64,000 nt of DNA from Candidatus Micrarchaeota archaeon (lineage in GTDB: Archaea; Micrarchaeota; Micrarchaeia; Anstonellales; J096): the NCBI GenBank assembly GCA_026982895.1, contig JALWQW010000001.1:17847-81846 (forward strand), read 5' to 3'. Below the pieces are notes generated by a model, which saw only the letters and a list, made by a program, of their open reading frames with translations, had not been told where the DNA came from and searched no databases. A program made the translations under genes and the position numbers. Below, in pieces: positions 53,000-62,982 of this stretch. Numbering within the stretch: the stretch's first letter is position 1; each line of letters opens with the position of its first letter.

Positions 53000-55522
53000 A
53001 TGGAAGTGCTTAAGGAAGAAACCTCAGAGGTAGTGCCCGCACGAATAAGGGAGATGTTTAGTTATCAAGGCAAGCTCCTCTCTCGTGTGCCAAAGGAATG
53101 GGTGGAGCGTTATAAACGTCTCTATGTTCACCTCCGCCAAAAATTGGCCCAAGGAGAACTCCCATCTCATGCCAATTATCTAGCCAACAATGACTTGGCA
53201 ATGAACATATACAAGAAGAAATACTTCTTAAAGGATTTGAATGGCGACAATATAGAGGAGAGGCCTGAGGAGCTTTTCATCCGCGTCTCTGCTTTCGTTG
53301 CTGCCGTTGAAGACGATGATAAAGCTGAGAAGTGGGCTGAGCGTTTCTATACTGAGATATACGAAGGCTTATGGATGCCTGGCGGCAGGGTTTTAGCTGG
53401 CGCTGGTGATTTGTATAGGTTTAAGACATTGGCGAATTGTTTTGTTTCTATGCTCAAAGATGATAGCATAAAGAGTATATATGATGCTGCTTATGAGGCT
53501 GCGAGAACCTATAGTTACGGCGGTGGCATTGGCATAGACCTCTCTGTTTTAAGGCCAGCAGACAGCTTAGTCCATAACGCTGCCGATAAGAGCACTGGAG
53601 CTGTTAGCTTTATGGAACTTTATTCGCTAACAACAGGTTTAATAGGGCAGAGCGGCAGAAGAGGGGCATTGATGCTCACATTAGATATGAAGCATCCCGA
53701 CAGCGAACTTTTCATAAAAGTTAAGCAGGAGCCTAATTGGGTTACGAATCAGATTGTGGAGCAGCTTAAATGGAGTGGGAAGTTTAATGATGAACAGCTG
53801 GCTTTAGTAGAGAAGGATGTTCGTGAAAATACACAGGTTAGATTCGCCAACATAAGCTTAAAAGTCAGTGATGAATTTATGCAGGCAGTTTCAGAGCAGA
53901 ATAAATATGGCAAAAAAATCCTTGTCTATAAAAAAGTCGAAAAGGGCACAATCATGGATTTGCCGCAAGATTATGAGTCAATCCATTATAGCATGAACAT
54001 GCCGTCTAAAGACATAAGCAAATATGAGCTTATTGGTTCCTTCGCAAACCTCGAAGAGGCGAATACATATTTAACAAGCACATTCAAAGTGTCTATAGAC
54101 GACGCTGCTTTTAGAGATGCAAACAAAAGGGATGTTTATGGAGATTATTTCATAGCGCTTGAGAATCAGCCATATGATTTAGCCATAAGGGAAGCAGGCG
54201 ATTTCCTCTTATTCTTCAGTAGCAAAGAGGTTGGCGTCATAAAGCGCCTTGTCAAAGCGCGTTATCTTTGGAATCTGTTTGTAGAGAGCAATTATAAGAC
54301 AGCAGAACCAGGTTTAATGTTTTGGAGTACGCTCATAAAATACAGCCCAAGCAATTACATCGGCAAACCGATTATAACGACAAATCCCTGCGGAGAAGTC
54401 CCGTTAGAAGATGGCGGCAGCTGTAATCTTGGCAGCATAAACCTCGCCCGCTTCGTTAAACACCCATTCACTGAGAAGGCTAAGATTTGCTGGAAGAAGC
54501 TTGAGAAGGTTACTGAAACACTCCAACGCTTCCTCGACAATGTTATTGATTGGAACATTTATTTGAATCCGTTAGAGAAGCAAAGAATCGAGGCTGCTAT
54601 GAAGACGCGGAGGATTGGCATAGGTATAATGGGCATGGCAGACCTCCTCAATGAGCTTAATTTAGCTTATGACAGTGAAGAAGCTATAGAGGTTATGACG
54701 GATGTTGCTAGAAGGATAGCAAACAAAGCTTATGAGAGCTCTGCCAAAGTGGCAAAGGAGAAGGGCCCAGCACCTGCGTTTGTCTATGAGAAATATAGAG
54801 AAGGTCCTTTCTTCAATGAAGCTCTTGATGATAGTGTGAAGAAGCTCGTGGCTAAGCACGGGCTGCGAAACATTGCTTTATTGAGCATAGCTCCGACGGG
54901 TTCCATAAGCAATATCGTTAAGAGCTTTGAGCATGACGGCAGAAATTATTTGGGTGTTAGCAGCGGCATAGAGCCTGTTTTTGCCCTTTACTATAATAGA
55001 CGGACAGAGAGCTTTGGCAACAAAGTCTTCCGTGTTTTCCATTCGCTGGTTAAAGCCTATTTGGATATGAAAGGTTTATGGGAGGCTGCCCAAGAAGCTA
55101 GCGAGGAGGAGTTAAAACAGCTTCTCCCCAAACACTTTTTTAGGACTGCTCATGAGATAGACCCAATGAGAAGGGTTGAGATTCAAGCAGCGGTTCAAAA
55201 GTATATCGACCACAGCATATCATCGACAGTGAATCTTCCTGAGGACATTTCTCCGGAGACGATATCTGAAATATATCTCTATGCATGGGAAAAAGGATTG
55301 AAGGGTATAACTGTTTATAGGGATGGCAGCAGATATCCTATCCTCAGCGTAGATGGCAAGAAAACAGAATTCCAGCGCTTCTCTGAGAAGAAGTTTAAGA
55401 TTGTCTACGATGGCAAGGAGATTGTCGTTAAAGGGCAAGAGGTTCTTGTCCTTCCAGATGGTCGTTTAACGACTGTCTATCATGCTATGAAAGATGGTAT
55501 ATTGAAGGGGGTGGGTTTATGA
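53000..55522 (+). CDS. nrdJ: adenosylcobalamin-dependent (class II) ribonucleotide reductase, catalytic part
   Basis: Active-site NPCGEVPLEDGGSCNLGSINL, GGGIGIDLS, TVNLPED motifs. Confidence 0.9.
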   Translation: MEVLKEETSEVVPARIREMFSYQGKLLSRVPKEWVERYKRLYVHLRQKLAQGELPSHANYLANNDLAMNIYKKKYFLKDLNGDNIEERPEELFIRVSAFVAAVEDDDKAEKWAERFYTEIYEGLWMPGGRVLAGAGDLYRFKTLANCFVSMLKDDSIKSIYDAAYEAARTYSYGGGIGIDLSVLRPADSLVHNAADKSTGAVSFMELYSLTTGLIGQSGRRGALMLTLDMKHPDSELFIKVKQEPNWVTNQIVEQLKWSGKFNDEQLALVEKDVRENTQVRFANISLKVSDEFMQAVSEQNKYGKKILVYKKVEKGTIMDLPQDYESIHYSMNMPSKDISKYELIGSFANLEEANTYLTSTFKVSIDDAAFRDANKRDVYGDYFIALENQPYDLAIREAGDFLLFFSSKEVGVIKRLVKARYLWNLFVESNYKTAEPGLMFWSTLIKYSPSNYIGKPIITTNPCGEVPLEDGGSCNLGSINLARFVKHPFTEKAKICWKKLEKVTETLQRFLDNVIDWNIYLNPLEKQRIEAAMKTRRIGIGIMGMADLLNELNLAYDSEEAIEVMTDVARRIANKAYESSAKVAKEKGPAPAFVYEKYREGPFFNEALDDSVKKLVAKHGLRNIALLSIAPTGSISNIVKSFEHDGRNYLGVSSGIEPVFALYYNRRTESFGNKVFRVFHSLVKAYLDMKGLWEAAQEASEEELKQLLPKHFFRTAHEIDPMRRVEIQAAVQKYIDHSISSTVNLPEDISPETISEIYLYAWEKGLKGITVYRDGSRYPILSVDGKKTEFQRFSEKKFKIVYDGKEIVVKGQEVLVLPDGRLTTVYHAMKDGILKGVGL

Positions 55523-56163
55523 TAACATTACCAAAAGCAGGTGTCGAGGTTAAGGAACTTATAAAAGTTGAAGAAGGGCCTATCAAGGCTACGACTAAGA
55601 AGAACGAAAGGCCTTATGTTTTGAATGCCCGCGTCTATAAGCTGAAATCTGTTTTCGTGGATTCTGCCGTCTATGTTACAATAACTTATATAGAGGAAGA
55701 AGGTAAAAAAAGACCTTTTGAAATATTCATCAACAGTAAAGATTTAACCAGGGCCGCAGAGTATTCTGTTTTGACGCGTTTAATCTCAGCCATATTCAGA
55801 AGAAGTGAAGACCCAACATTTATACTCGAGGAATTAAAGAGTATATACGACCCTAACGGAGGGCGAATGAAGAATGGACGATATCTGCCTTCTTTTTATG
55901 CCGAGATAGCCGATGTTTTGGAGGAGTTCTTTGCCGACATTGGTTTGATAAAGAAGCGCGAAAATAAATTGAAGAAAATAACCCTCTTTTCCTTTGGAAG
56001 CTCATCTAAAAAAGACAGCGAGGCTGAATCACAAGACCCCTCTGATACGCCGGATGACAACCTTAGAATATGTCCTAAATGTGGTCAAAGAACTTTGAAA
56101 GTCGAGAATGGCTGCATGACATGTATAAATCCAGATTGTGGTTACAGCAAATGTGATGATTAA
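55519..56163 (+). CDS. class II RNR C-terminal module encoded as separate ORF (TSCPD-like region plus Cys-rich zinc-finger tail)
   Basis: ATGA overlap with nrdJ. VYVTITYIEEEGKKRPFEIFINSKD resembles the RNR C-terminal domain. Tail CPKCG...CMTCINPDCGYSKC. Confidence 0.6.
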   Translation: MITLPKAGVEVKELIKVEEGPIKATTKKNERPYVLNARVYKLKSVFVDSAVYVTITYIEEEGKKRPFEIFINSKDLTRAAEYSVLTRLISAIFRRSEDPTFILEELKSIYDPNGGRMKNGRYLPSFYAEIADVLEEFFADIGLIKKRENKLKKITLFSFGSSSKKDSEAESQDPSDTPDDNLRICPKCGQRTLKVENGCMTCINPDCGYSKCDD

Positions 56164-56969
56164 TCTCTTTTATTTTTTGCCATATGCTCTATAATCGTTT
56201 CATATACCAGATAAACTACTATTGCGCTGAGTGTTAGGTTCAAGAAGCTGTTTATTGGCGAGGGTATATATGGCGAGATGTAGTTCAATAGTGCTTTAAC
56301 AATCTCACCACCAACACTGTATATTATAACCATTATAAGTATTGACAACCCCTTCATCGATATGCTTCCTTTAATTGCTTCTATGAAAGCTTCTCCACTC
56401 CCTTTATTGCTCATTAAGGCATAGAAAGGCCCTAATATTTGAGTGGGCACGACAATCCATAAGACTATGAATAATATAATAAGCAGGATAATAGTTCCGA
56501 CTAAGTTTCCAGCCATCTGTACGAGGAATAGAAGCGGCATCTCCAAGACCATCGCACCGATTATCAATGCGAATGCGCCGACGATAAAGAATAATAGCTC
56601 ATATACGACAAAATTCACATAGGACTTCCAAAAGCCTTTAACCTCTAAGTTTTTTTCCTTTGCACTCTCGCTGACAACATACAATACTGCTATCAACATA
56701 ACGAGATTAGACGCCAAAAAGCCTAATCCCACAATGGCCATCGCCTTAGCCAATAACTCTCCGTTCATTTGATTATTGCCTGCGTTGTTTTGTAAATAAC
56801 TTTGAATTCCAGGAGCCACGCCACTAGCAAATTGTATTATTATATCTGGCATCAGCGCAGCCATCAATAGGATAACCGCGACGCTGAAAATAATTCTCCA
56901 TCTCTTTATGTCCTTTAAGCTTCCTATTGATTTTTTCATATCCTCGATGTTTAGGTGTTCTTTGAGCAT
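56160..56969 (-). CDS. polytopic membrane protein, unknown function
   Basis: 269-aa hydrophobic ORF with about 6 TM. Confidence 0.5.
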   Translation of the reverse strand: MLKEHLNIEDMKKSIGSLKDIKRWRIIFSVAVILLMAALMPDIIIQFASGVAPGIQSYLQNNAGNNQMNGELLAKAMAIVGLGFLASNLVMLIAVLYVVSESAKEKNLEVKGFWKSYVNFVVYELLFFIVGAFALIIGAMVLEMPLLFLVQMAGNLVGTIILLIILFIVLWIVVPTQILGPFYALMSNKGSGEAFIEAIKGSISMKGLSILIMVIIYSVGGEIVKALLNYISPYIPSPINSFLNLTLSAIVVYLVYETIIEHMAKNKRD

Positions 56970-57016
56970 GCTGCTCTTTTGAAGTCAAGCTTAAAAAGGC
57001 TTTTGCCCCCAATCTT

Positions 57017-59299
57017 ATGATGCGATTTTGGCTATTTACTTTGATTTTACTGCTCTTATTCACAGCAGGTTGTCTAGACCACACATCCTCTGCTGTACAG
57101 AAAGCGTACAAGGAATATGGCGCTATGATGGTGGCTACTAACCCCTCTTCATATATTGATTCTGTCGATTATAAGGTTAGTAATGCGCCAAAGATGTGTT
57201 ATGTATTCGTTTGCCATAACGCTACATCCAAGGCATATTTTGGTTTAGGCGGCTTTTTCAAAGGCACCTCTCTATTGGGAGGGAATTGCTCTATTTACAA
57301 CTTTACGCCAGACAGCAACGGCTTTGACAAATATATGGAGCTTGTAAAAGATTCTGACACGCAAGTGAGGGAGTTGGCTTTAGGAGGAGGGCCTTCTCTG
57401 GCTGATTTTAACGATGGCACTCGTTATTGTAATAACTCTTACAATTTGGCGGAGTATGTAATAACCGGAAGCGGTTCAGCCTATGACTTGCCTCCATTGC
57501 CTTCTATAAGTGCTTCATGTGTTTTGGAGAAGGGTCGCTTGCCATTATTCATTTTATACAATAAAGGCTCTCTTCAAGCTGATAATCGAACAACCCCGCC
57601 TGCACTATTATCCTCTGTTGTTTCATTAGCCGATGCTCTCAATGGCACAGGTCCAGTTATAGTCGCTACAGAACTCCTTCCGAGGAATAATAGTGTAACA
57701 TATCAAAGGGTTAAGCAGGAGGCAAAAATATTGAAGAGCCACTGTAAAAATTGTCTCGTCTTTTTGAGCATAACTCTAGACGAGGCTAATGAAAGCAACG
57801 CCTTTTATGTGAACAAGGTCTTATCAGATGCTGAGCTGAATAAGAGTATAGACGGTATCGGTTTTGGTATAGACAGCCGCTTCTTGCCTAATGAAACTTT
57901 AAAAGAAGGTGCTAATCCTGAGGATATATTTGCGACAGCCGTCATGCCTCTCATGAATAGAATTGCTTTGAACACGACAAAGCTTATGCTCATTTACTAT
58001 GTTTATTTACCTCCAAACTCAGTGAGAAGTTATTCTGACGAGGATTATGCTGCTATTTATAACCTATTCTTTACATCAGCCCCTTATTTAGCTAATTTGG
58101 GCTTAATTGGTTTTGTTGGGCAGCCCTTCTACGAAACGACGAGCATATTTCCATGCGACGATTGCGCCTTAACCTATAAGGATGGCAATGGAAATTTGCA
58201 GAGTGGAAAGGCATTCTCGACATGGTTTAGTCTATGCCGCGCTTATTATGTAAAAGCTATTCATCCCTATGTTGTGTTTGGCAAGAATGGTGCTAGGTGT
58301 GATATGTATGCGCCGACAAGTCTCGAAACATACAGCTTTGATGGATATGTCGATGCCACTGGAAAATTAGAGGTTGAACCAACTTTAAAGAGTGCAGAGG
58401 AAACATTCTTTAAATGCAGCAATTGTTTGCTCAGCGGGAAGCTGCCAGAACCTTTTGATTCTTTCGATTATTCTCTGCCTGCGGATACTTGCGATAAAAC
58501 CAATGAGGTTTATGCAGCAGCTGCGGCTAAGGGGTTGGATGGTGTAATAGCGAGGGATATAGCCATGCTTGAGAGTGGCGGCAATCGTTGTTATGCTCAA
58601 TGCGGCGGTGCTTTGGATGTCAATACTGTAAATACATATTTGTCAGCAGCTTCTTGCCCGACGATATCATGCAACAATGGCGTCAATGAACATCTCGGCA
58701 TATTTGGTTTAACCCAACCACCATCCCAAAACTTTAATCCGTTTAATGAGGATGACAGCGCAAAGGTCTTCACAGCCGAATACAAAAAAGCAGCAGCCGA
58801 TGCTCTTGATACAATCTCCTTCTTTAAAGAAGAGGCAGGCCTTCCTCCAGACGACAAAAACAGCGAAACATTTAGAGGCTATGTTGTCGGCGGTATTCTT
58901 GGAGAGCTTAGCGGTGTGGAGCGCTGGTGGGATAATTATTTCGACCTTTGGCGAGCTACTGATGCCAACGATTGTTCCTTCCTAACTGCTGATGAACAGG
59001 CGCTTTGCTGTAAGAAAAGCAGCGACGATAATGACGATTCCAGCGGAAGCAAATTGGAATTTTCAGACCCTCATGGCGTTTGCACTGTCCATAACTTCGG
59101 TGATTATCTTGAAAATATAGTCGAGAAGAATAGCTATTTCACAACCCTTGACCCTGATTATTATAAGTATGGAGAGGCTTTGAGGCTCTTTTCCTCTATA
59201 TATAACACATGTGAGGATTGCTATTCCTCTAAATGGCTTGAAAATATATGTGATAAGGCTGAAGAATACAGTGGAGAGAAGCCAGAGGGCTGTCCATGA
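57017..59299 (+). CDS. 760-aa secreted Cys-rich putative lipoprotein/glycoprotein with possible lysozyme-like (SLT-like) segment
   Basis: Lipobox-like LLLLFTAGC at the N-terminus. 27 Cys by count. Many NxS/T sequons. IAMLESGGN ... GIFGLTQ loosely resembles the ES...GLMQ motif of lytic transglycosylases. Confidence 0.55.
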   Translation: MMRFWLFTLILLLLFTAGCLDHTSSAVQKAYKEYGAMMVATNPSSYIDSVDYKVSNAPKMCYVFVCHNATSKAYFGLGGFFKGTSLLGGNCSIYNFTPDSNGFDKYMELVKDSDTQVRELALGGGPSLADFNDGTRYCNNSYNLAEYVITGSGSAYDLPPLPSISASCVLEKGRLPLFILYNKGSLQADNRTTPPALLSSVVSLADALNGTGPVIVATELLPRNNSVTYQRVKQEAKILKSHCKNCLVFLSITLDEANESNAFYVNKVLSDAELNKSIDGIGFGIDSRFLPNETLKEGANPEDIFATAVMPLMNRIALNTTKLMLIYYVYLPPNSVRSYSDEDYAAIYNLFFTSAPYLANLGLIGFVGQPFYETTSIFPCDDCALTYKDGNGNLQSGKAFSTWFSLCRAYYVKAIHPYVVFGKNGARCDMYAPTSLETYSFDGYVDATGKLEVEPTLKSAEETFFKCSNCLLSGKLPEPFDSFDYSLPADTCDKTNEVYAAAAAKGLDGVIARDIAMLESGGNRCYAQCGGALDVNTVNTYLSAASCPTISCNNGVNEHLGIFGLTQPPSQNFNPFNEDDSAKVFTAEYKKAAADALDTISFFKEEAGLPPDDKNSETFRGYVVGGILGELSGVERWWDNYFDLWRATDANDCSFLTADEQALCCKKSSDDNDDSSGSKLEFSDPHGVCTVHNFGDYLENIVEKNSYFTTLDPDYYKYGEALRLFSSIYNTCEDCYSSKWLENICDKAEEYSGEKPEGCP

Positions 59300-59859
59300 A
59301 TGAATGGGATTCCATAGCTGGTGAATGGCATAAGTATAGACAGAGGCCGATGCCCGAAATTTTACCCTTCCTTGAAGAAATGAAGAATAAACTACCTTTA
59401 TCTGCTAAAGTACTAGAAGTTGGTTGTGGCACTGGAAGGAATCTTCTTTTCTTCGGCAACGACTTTGTATTGAGCGGTTGCGATGCTAGTAAGGAGATGC
59501 TTAATCTTTGTCCACCTCTCATAAAAAAGAAAACTTGTAACCTGCCAAACACTTTGCCTTATGAGGACAATACTTTTGACGCTGTTATGAGTATAGCTGT
59601 TTTACATCATTTGCATGAGGGTTACGAGCGGGCAGTTTCTGAATTGCTGCGTGTGGCTAAGCCATCTGCATTCATTCTTGTTAGCGTGTGGAATCTACAT
59701 GAACACTTACCTAAAAAAGATATATACAAGAGATGGGGGGATACGCAGCGCTACTATTATGTGTTTGAAGAAGATGAATTTTTTTCTTTATTCAAGGCTG
59801 TTAAAGAAATATCTAGATATGTGGGAAGAAACCTTATCTTTTTTGGCAAGAAGGAATAG
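59296..59859 (+). CDS. class I SAM-dependent methyltransferase
   Basis: Motif I VLEVGCGTGRN. Post-I acidic GCDAS. Motif II FDAVMSIAVLHH. ATGA overlap with the upstream gene. Confidence 0.8.
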   Translation: MNEWDSIAGEWHKYRQRPMPEILPFLEEMKNKLPLSAKVLEVGCGTGRNLLFFGNDFVLSGCDASKEMLNLCPPLIKKKTCNLPNTLPYEDNTFDAVMSIAVLHHLHEGYERAVSELLRVAKPSAFILVSVWNLHEHLPKKDIYKRWGDTQRYYYVFEEDEFFSLFKAVKEISRYVGRNLIFFGKKE

Positions 59860-59912
59860 CTCTTCTACATTCAACTGCTATCTATTTATTTTATTATTTC
59901 TGTCGGTCGGTT

Positions 59913-61436
59913 TTATTTTGCTGCATTTATATAATTTATTGCCTTCTCGGCTGCTGCGACGGCTGCTAAAACCTGGTCAGCGTTAACTCCGACAGTCCTG
60001 AAAATTCTCCCCCTCCTATCTCTCCATGTTATCGTTGTTTCAACGAGGGCGTCTGTTCCACCACCCTTGGGAATCCCGACCTCAAAATCCACTAATTCGG
60101 GTAGTAAGAAATCTTCTTTCTTTGCAATGCTTCTTATGGCGCTCATAAACGCATCGAAGCCCCCATTGCCTTTACCTACAGCGACGATTTCTTCCTTTTT
60201 AACCTTAACCTTTACTACACACGACGATGGCAATTTATTATCTGATAACACATTTATGTCCAAGACCTTGAAGAGATTACATCCACCTGCCCTTAAAACC
60301 TCTCTCGCTATAAAGAATAAGTCTGCCTCCGTTATTTTGCTTTTGCGTTCGCCCAGCGCGACGACTTGCTTCAATACTTCTTTTACTTGCTCTTTGTTCA
60401 GCGTCAGCCCCATGTCCTTTAAAGCCAATTCTATACTTGCTTTTCCACTTAATTTGCCGACTGAATAGCTTTTAGACCTCCCAAATCTCTCTGCATACAA
60501 TTTGCTTGTATAAACATTTCCCTTCTTTTCGCCGTCAGCATGCACACCAGCAACGTGTGTGAAAACATCGTCGCCTACTATGGGTTTGTTCCACGCAACT
60601 CTTTTGCCCGATATACGCTGAACTAGATGGCTTGCCCTTGTCAAATATTTCTCTACGATATTCATGCGTCTATTTGTGAAGTCCTTTACAGCGACGACAA
60701 CCTCCTCTAATGCCGCATTACCTGTCCTTTCCCCCATCCCGTTTACTGTTGCATGTACTCCCCTGAAGGGCAGTCTAGCAGCTTCTAAGGTATTTGCTAC
60801 TGCTAAACCATAATCGTTATGGGCGTGAAAGTCAAATATTAATTTGGGGAAGGCCTTGAATAATGGGCCAAATAAATCCCTAACCTGCCATGGTGCCAAT
60901 ATGCCTCGTGTATCCGGCAACATAATCCTATCCACATCTAAATCGGAGAGCGCTTCCAGCAGACTATATACAAAGTTTTTGTCTTCCTGAATACCATAAG
61001 ATACATCCTCTAAATAAACATGGACGCGCATCTTCGCTTCTTTCATTTCCTCAACAATGTCTTTTATAAGTTTATTTTGCTCTTCGGGCTTCATTCTTAA
61101 CTGCTTTTTTAAGTGCACGAGGGAACCTTTCACAAGGAGATTTGCGGTCCGTACATTCGCCTTCTTCAACCATTCTACTGAAGCAGAGTTCATAAATGCC
61201 AACGCTTCGACTGCGAAAGGCTTTTTCATTTTTTCTTCAGCAAATATACTTATTCTCTTCGCAGCATTCAAATCTTCTTCGCTGCTTAGGGCCGAGCATA
61301 CTTCTATTCTGTCGACCCTCAATTTCTCCAATATAAAACGGGCTATTGTGAATTTCTCTTCAGCAGTATAGCTTACGCCAGACACCTGCTCGCCATCACG
61401 CAGAGTGGTATCCATTATTTCTAAATAGGCGCCCAT
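59913..61436 (-). CDS. citramalate / 2-isopropylmalate synthase family enzyme (CimA/LeuA)
   Basis: IMDTTLRDGEQ, HAHNDYGLAVANTLEA. C-terminal LeuA-dimer-like regulatory domain. Confidence 0.85.
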   Translation of the reverse strand: MGAYLEIMDTTLRDGEQVSGVSYTAEEKFTIARFILEKLRVDRIEVCSALSSEEDLNAAKRISIFAEEKMKKPFAVEALAFMNSASVEWLKKANVRTANLLVKGSLVHLKKQLRMKPEEQNKLIKDIVEEMKEAKMRVHVYLEDVSYGIQEDKNFVYSLLEALSDLDVDRIMLPDTRGILAPWQVRDLFGPLFKAFPKLIFDFHAHNDYGLAVANTLEAARLPFRGVHATVNGMGERTGNAALEEVVVAVKDFTNRRMNIVEKYLTRASHLVQRISGKRVAWNKPIVGDDVFTHVAGVHADGEKKGNVYTSKLYAERFGRSKSYSVGKLSGKASIELALKDMGLTLNKEQVKEVLKQVVALGERKSKITEADLFFIAREVLRAGGCNLFKVLDINVLSDNKLPSSCVVKVKVKKEEIVAVGKGNGGFDAFMSAIRSIAKKEDFLLPELVDFEVGIPKGGGTDALVETTITWRDRRGRIFRTVGVNADQVLAAVAAAEKAINYINAAK

Positions 61437-61445
61437 TTTACTACC

Positions 61446-62693
61446 TCAGATACCTATCTGCTTTTCAATGATTGTTGTGGCATCCTCGGCGTTGACACCT
61501 ATTTTTATGAGTCGTGTATGACCCCTTATCCCTTTGCTTGTATATGTTGTAGATATAAGACCGAGGTTGTCCAGCTCATTTATGTAATCCCTGTAGCTAC
61601 GAGCGGATTTGGGTTTTTTCCTCAACGCTCTGCATACTTTTGTATAATAATTATAGAGGTCGCCGGAGAAGAAATAGCCATCTCCAACCTCTTCAAATAG
61701 CGTTTTAACCTTGGCTTTATTGATGCTCATTTTGGCAAGAGCATATACGATGAGCTGCTGATGCAAAGGCAGATTTTTTAAGGCCTCTGCTGCTATGTCG
61801 AATTCAGCCTGTCTTCTTGCTAATTCAACATGCTTTTCTTCCAGCAATTCAGCGCCTTCTTTCTCTGCTATGTCAGCAGCATTTTGGAGGAGTTTTAAGG
61901 CATATCTTGCGTCACCGTTTTCTTGGGCTGTAATGGCTGCTATTAAGCTTAAAGCATTGTCTGCTACAGCTCCTGATTTAAATCCTAATTTGACCCTTTG
62001 CAATATAATCCCCCTCAACTGTTTGGCGTCGTAGGGGAAGAAAATTACCTCTTTCTCATATAAGCTGCTTCGTGTGCGCGGGTCGAGTTCTGATTTAAAT
62101 CCTAATTTATTTGATATGCCGACTATTGAGAGGCCGCCTTCTTTGGAGTCGTCATTTGAGCGCGTTAATGTATATATAAGCTCGTCTATATCTTTGATAG
62201 CATCGACTTCATCCAATATTAATATTATACGCTCACCCCTTTTGAGCAATTCTATAAGCTTCTCATAAAAGTGTGATAATCCATAACCTGGTTTATCGAC
62301 TTCTGGAAAATATACTTTCAGAAAATTCTGGAAAATTCTGTATCTCGAATTATAAATCCTGCAGTTCATATAAAACATATTTGCTCTTGTTTTCAACCTT
62401 TCTTTTGCTTCTAAAAATTTCTGCATTATAAACTTCAACGATGTCGTCTTGCCTGTTCCTGTCTTTCCGTATACAAATACATTCTTAATCTTTTTGCCCT
62501 TGAGGGCAGGTGCAAGCTCTTTCATAATGGTTTCTATCAGGTCTTCTCTGTAGAGGAGATTTTCAGGCACATAATGAGGTGAGAGGACATCAGGGTTTTT
62601 AACGAGCCCCTCTCTTGCTAAAATCTCCTCAAAGCTTACCATGGCAAAGCTAGGATTAGGAAGGCTTAAAAGCCTATCTGCCGTTATTGCCAC
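61446..62693 (-). CDS. cdc6: Orc1/Cdc6 replication initiator
   Basis: Walker A GKTGTGKTT, Walker B ILILDEVD, sensor ISN, C-terminal winged helix. GTG 62693 or ATG 62642 could be the start. Confidence 0.9.
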   Translation of the reverse strand: MAITADRLLSLPNPSFAMVSFEEILAREGLVKNPDVLSPHYVPENLLYREDLIETIMKELAPALKGKKIKNVFVYGKTGTGKTTSLKFIMQKFLEAKERLKTRANMFYMNCRIYNSRYRIFQNFLKVYFPEVDKPGYGLSHFYEKLIELLKRGERIILILDEVDAIKDIDELIYTLTRSNDDSKEGGLSIVGISNKLGFKSELDPRTRSSLYEKEVIFFPYDAKQLRGIILQRVKLGFKSGAVADNALSLIAAITAQENGDARYALKLLQNAADIAEKEGAELLEEKHVELARRQAEFDIAAEALKNLPLHQQLIVYALAKMSINKAKVKTLFEEVGDGYFFSGDLYNYYTKVCRALRKKPKSARSYRDYINELDNLGLISTTYTSKGIRGHTRLIKIGVNAEDATTIIEKQIGI

Positions 62694-62837
62694 TATTCTT
62701 GATATTGGGCAACACTGACGAGAACTCTTTTTAAATTTTCCGCAAACTTCGTGTGTTTGTTAGCTCTTAATTTACCACATTTTTCTTTTTCCATTTCAAC
62801 GCCCCCTTATTTTTCTTGGTTTTTTCTTAGTTTTGCC

Positions 62838-62900
62838 GTTTACTACTACTTACTAGTAGTTACTACTATTTAGTGGTAGTTGCTTTCTTTGTTACTATTT
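62838..62900. repeat. cluster of five TTACTAC(T)A-type 9-mers in both orientations around palindrome tactagta
   Basis: gtttactactac, tagtagtta, agttactactat, tagtggtag and tgttactatt, read directly. The cluster lies in the orc1-sepF intergenic region. Confidence 0.5.
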
Positions 62901-62982
62901 GATGCAGTCTAAAGGGCTAAACTTCTTGGCCCATAGAAAGGCTTTTAAAGTGAGAGGCTCTTATAGAAAAGAGGTGTTGAAC

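Noticed and set aside
62775-62805. ttccatttcaacgccccc upstream of orc1 as a canonical ORB (origin recognition box)
   Set aside because: Only half of the TTCCA-N-TGGAA dyad is present, and the C/G-string is on the wrong side and strand relative to the ORB consensus as I recall it. The origin proposal rests on the other repeats and on context.
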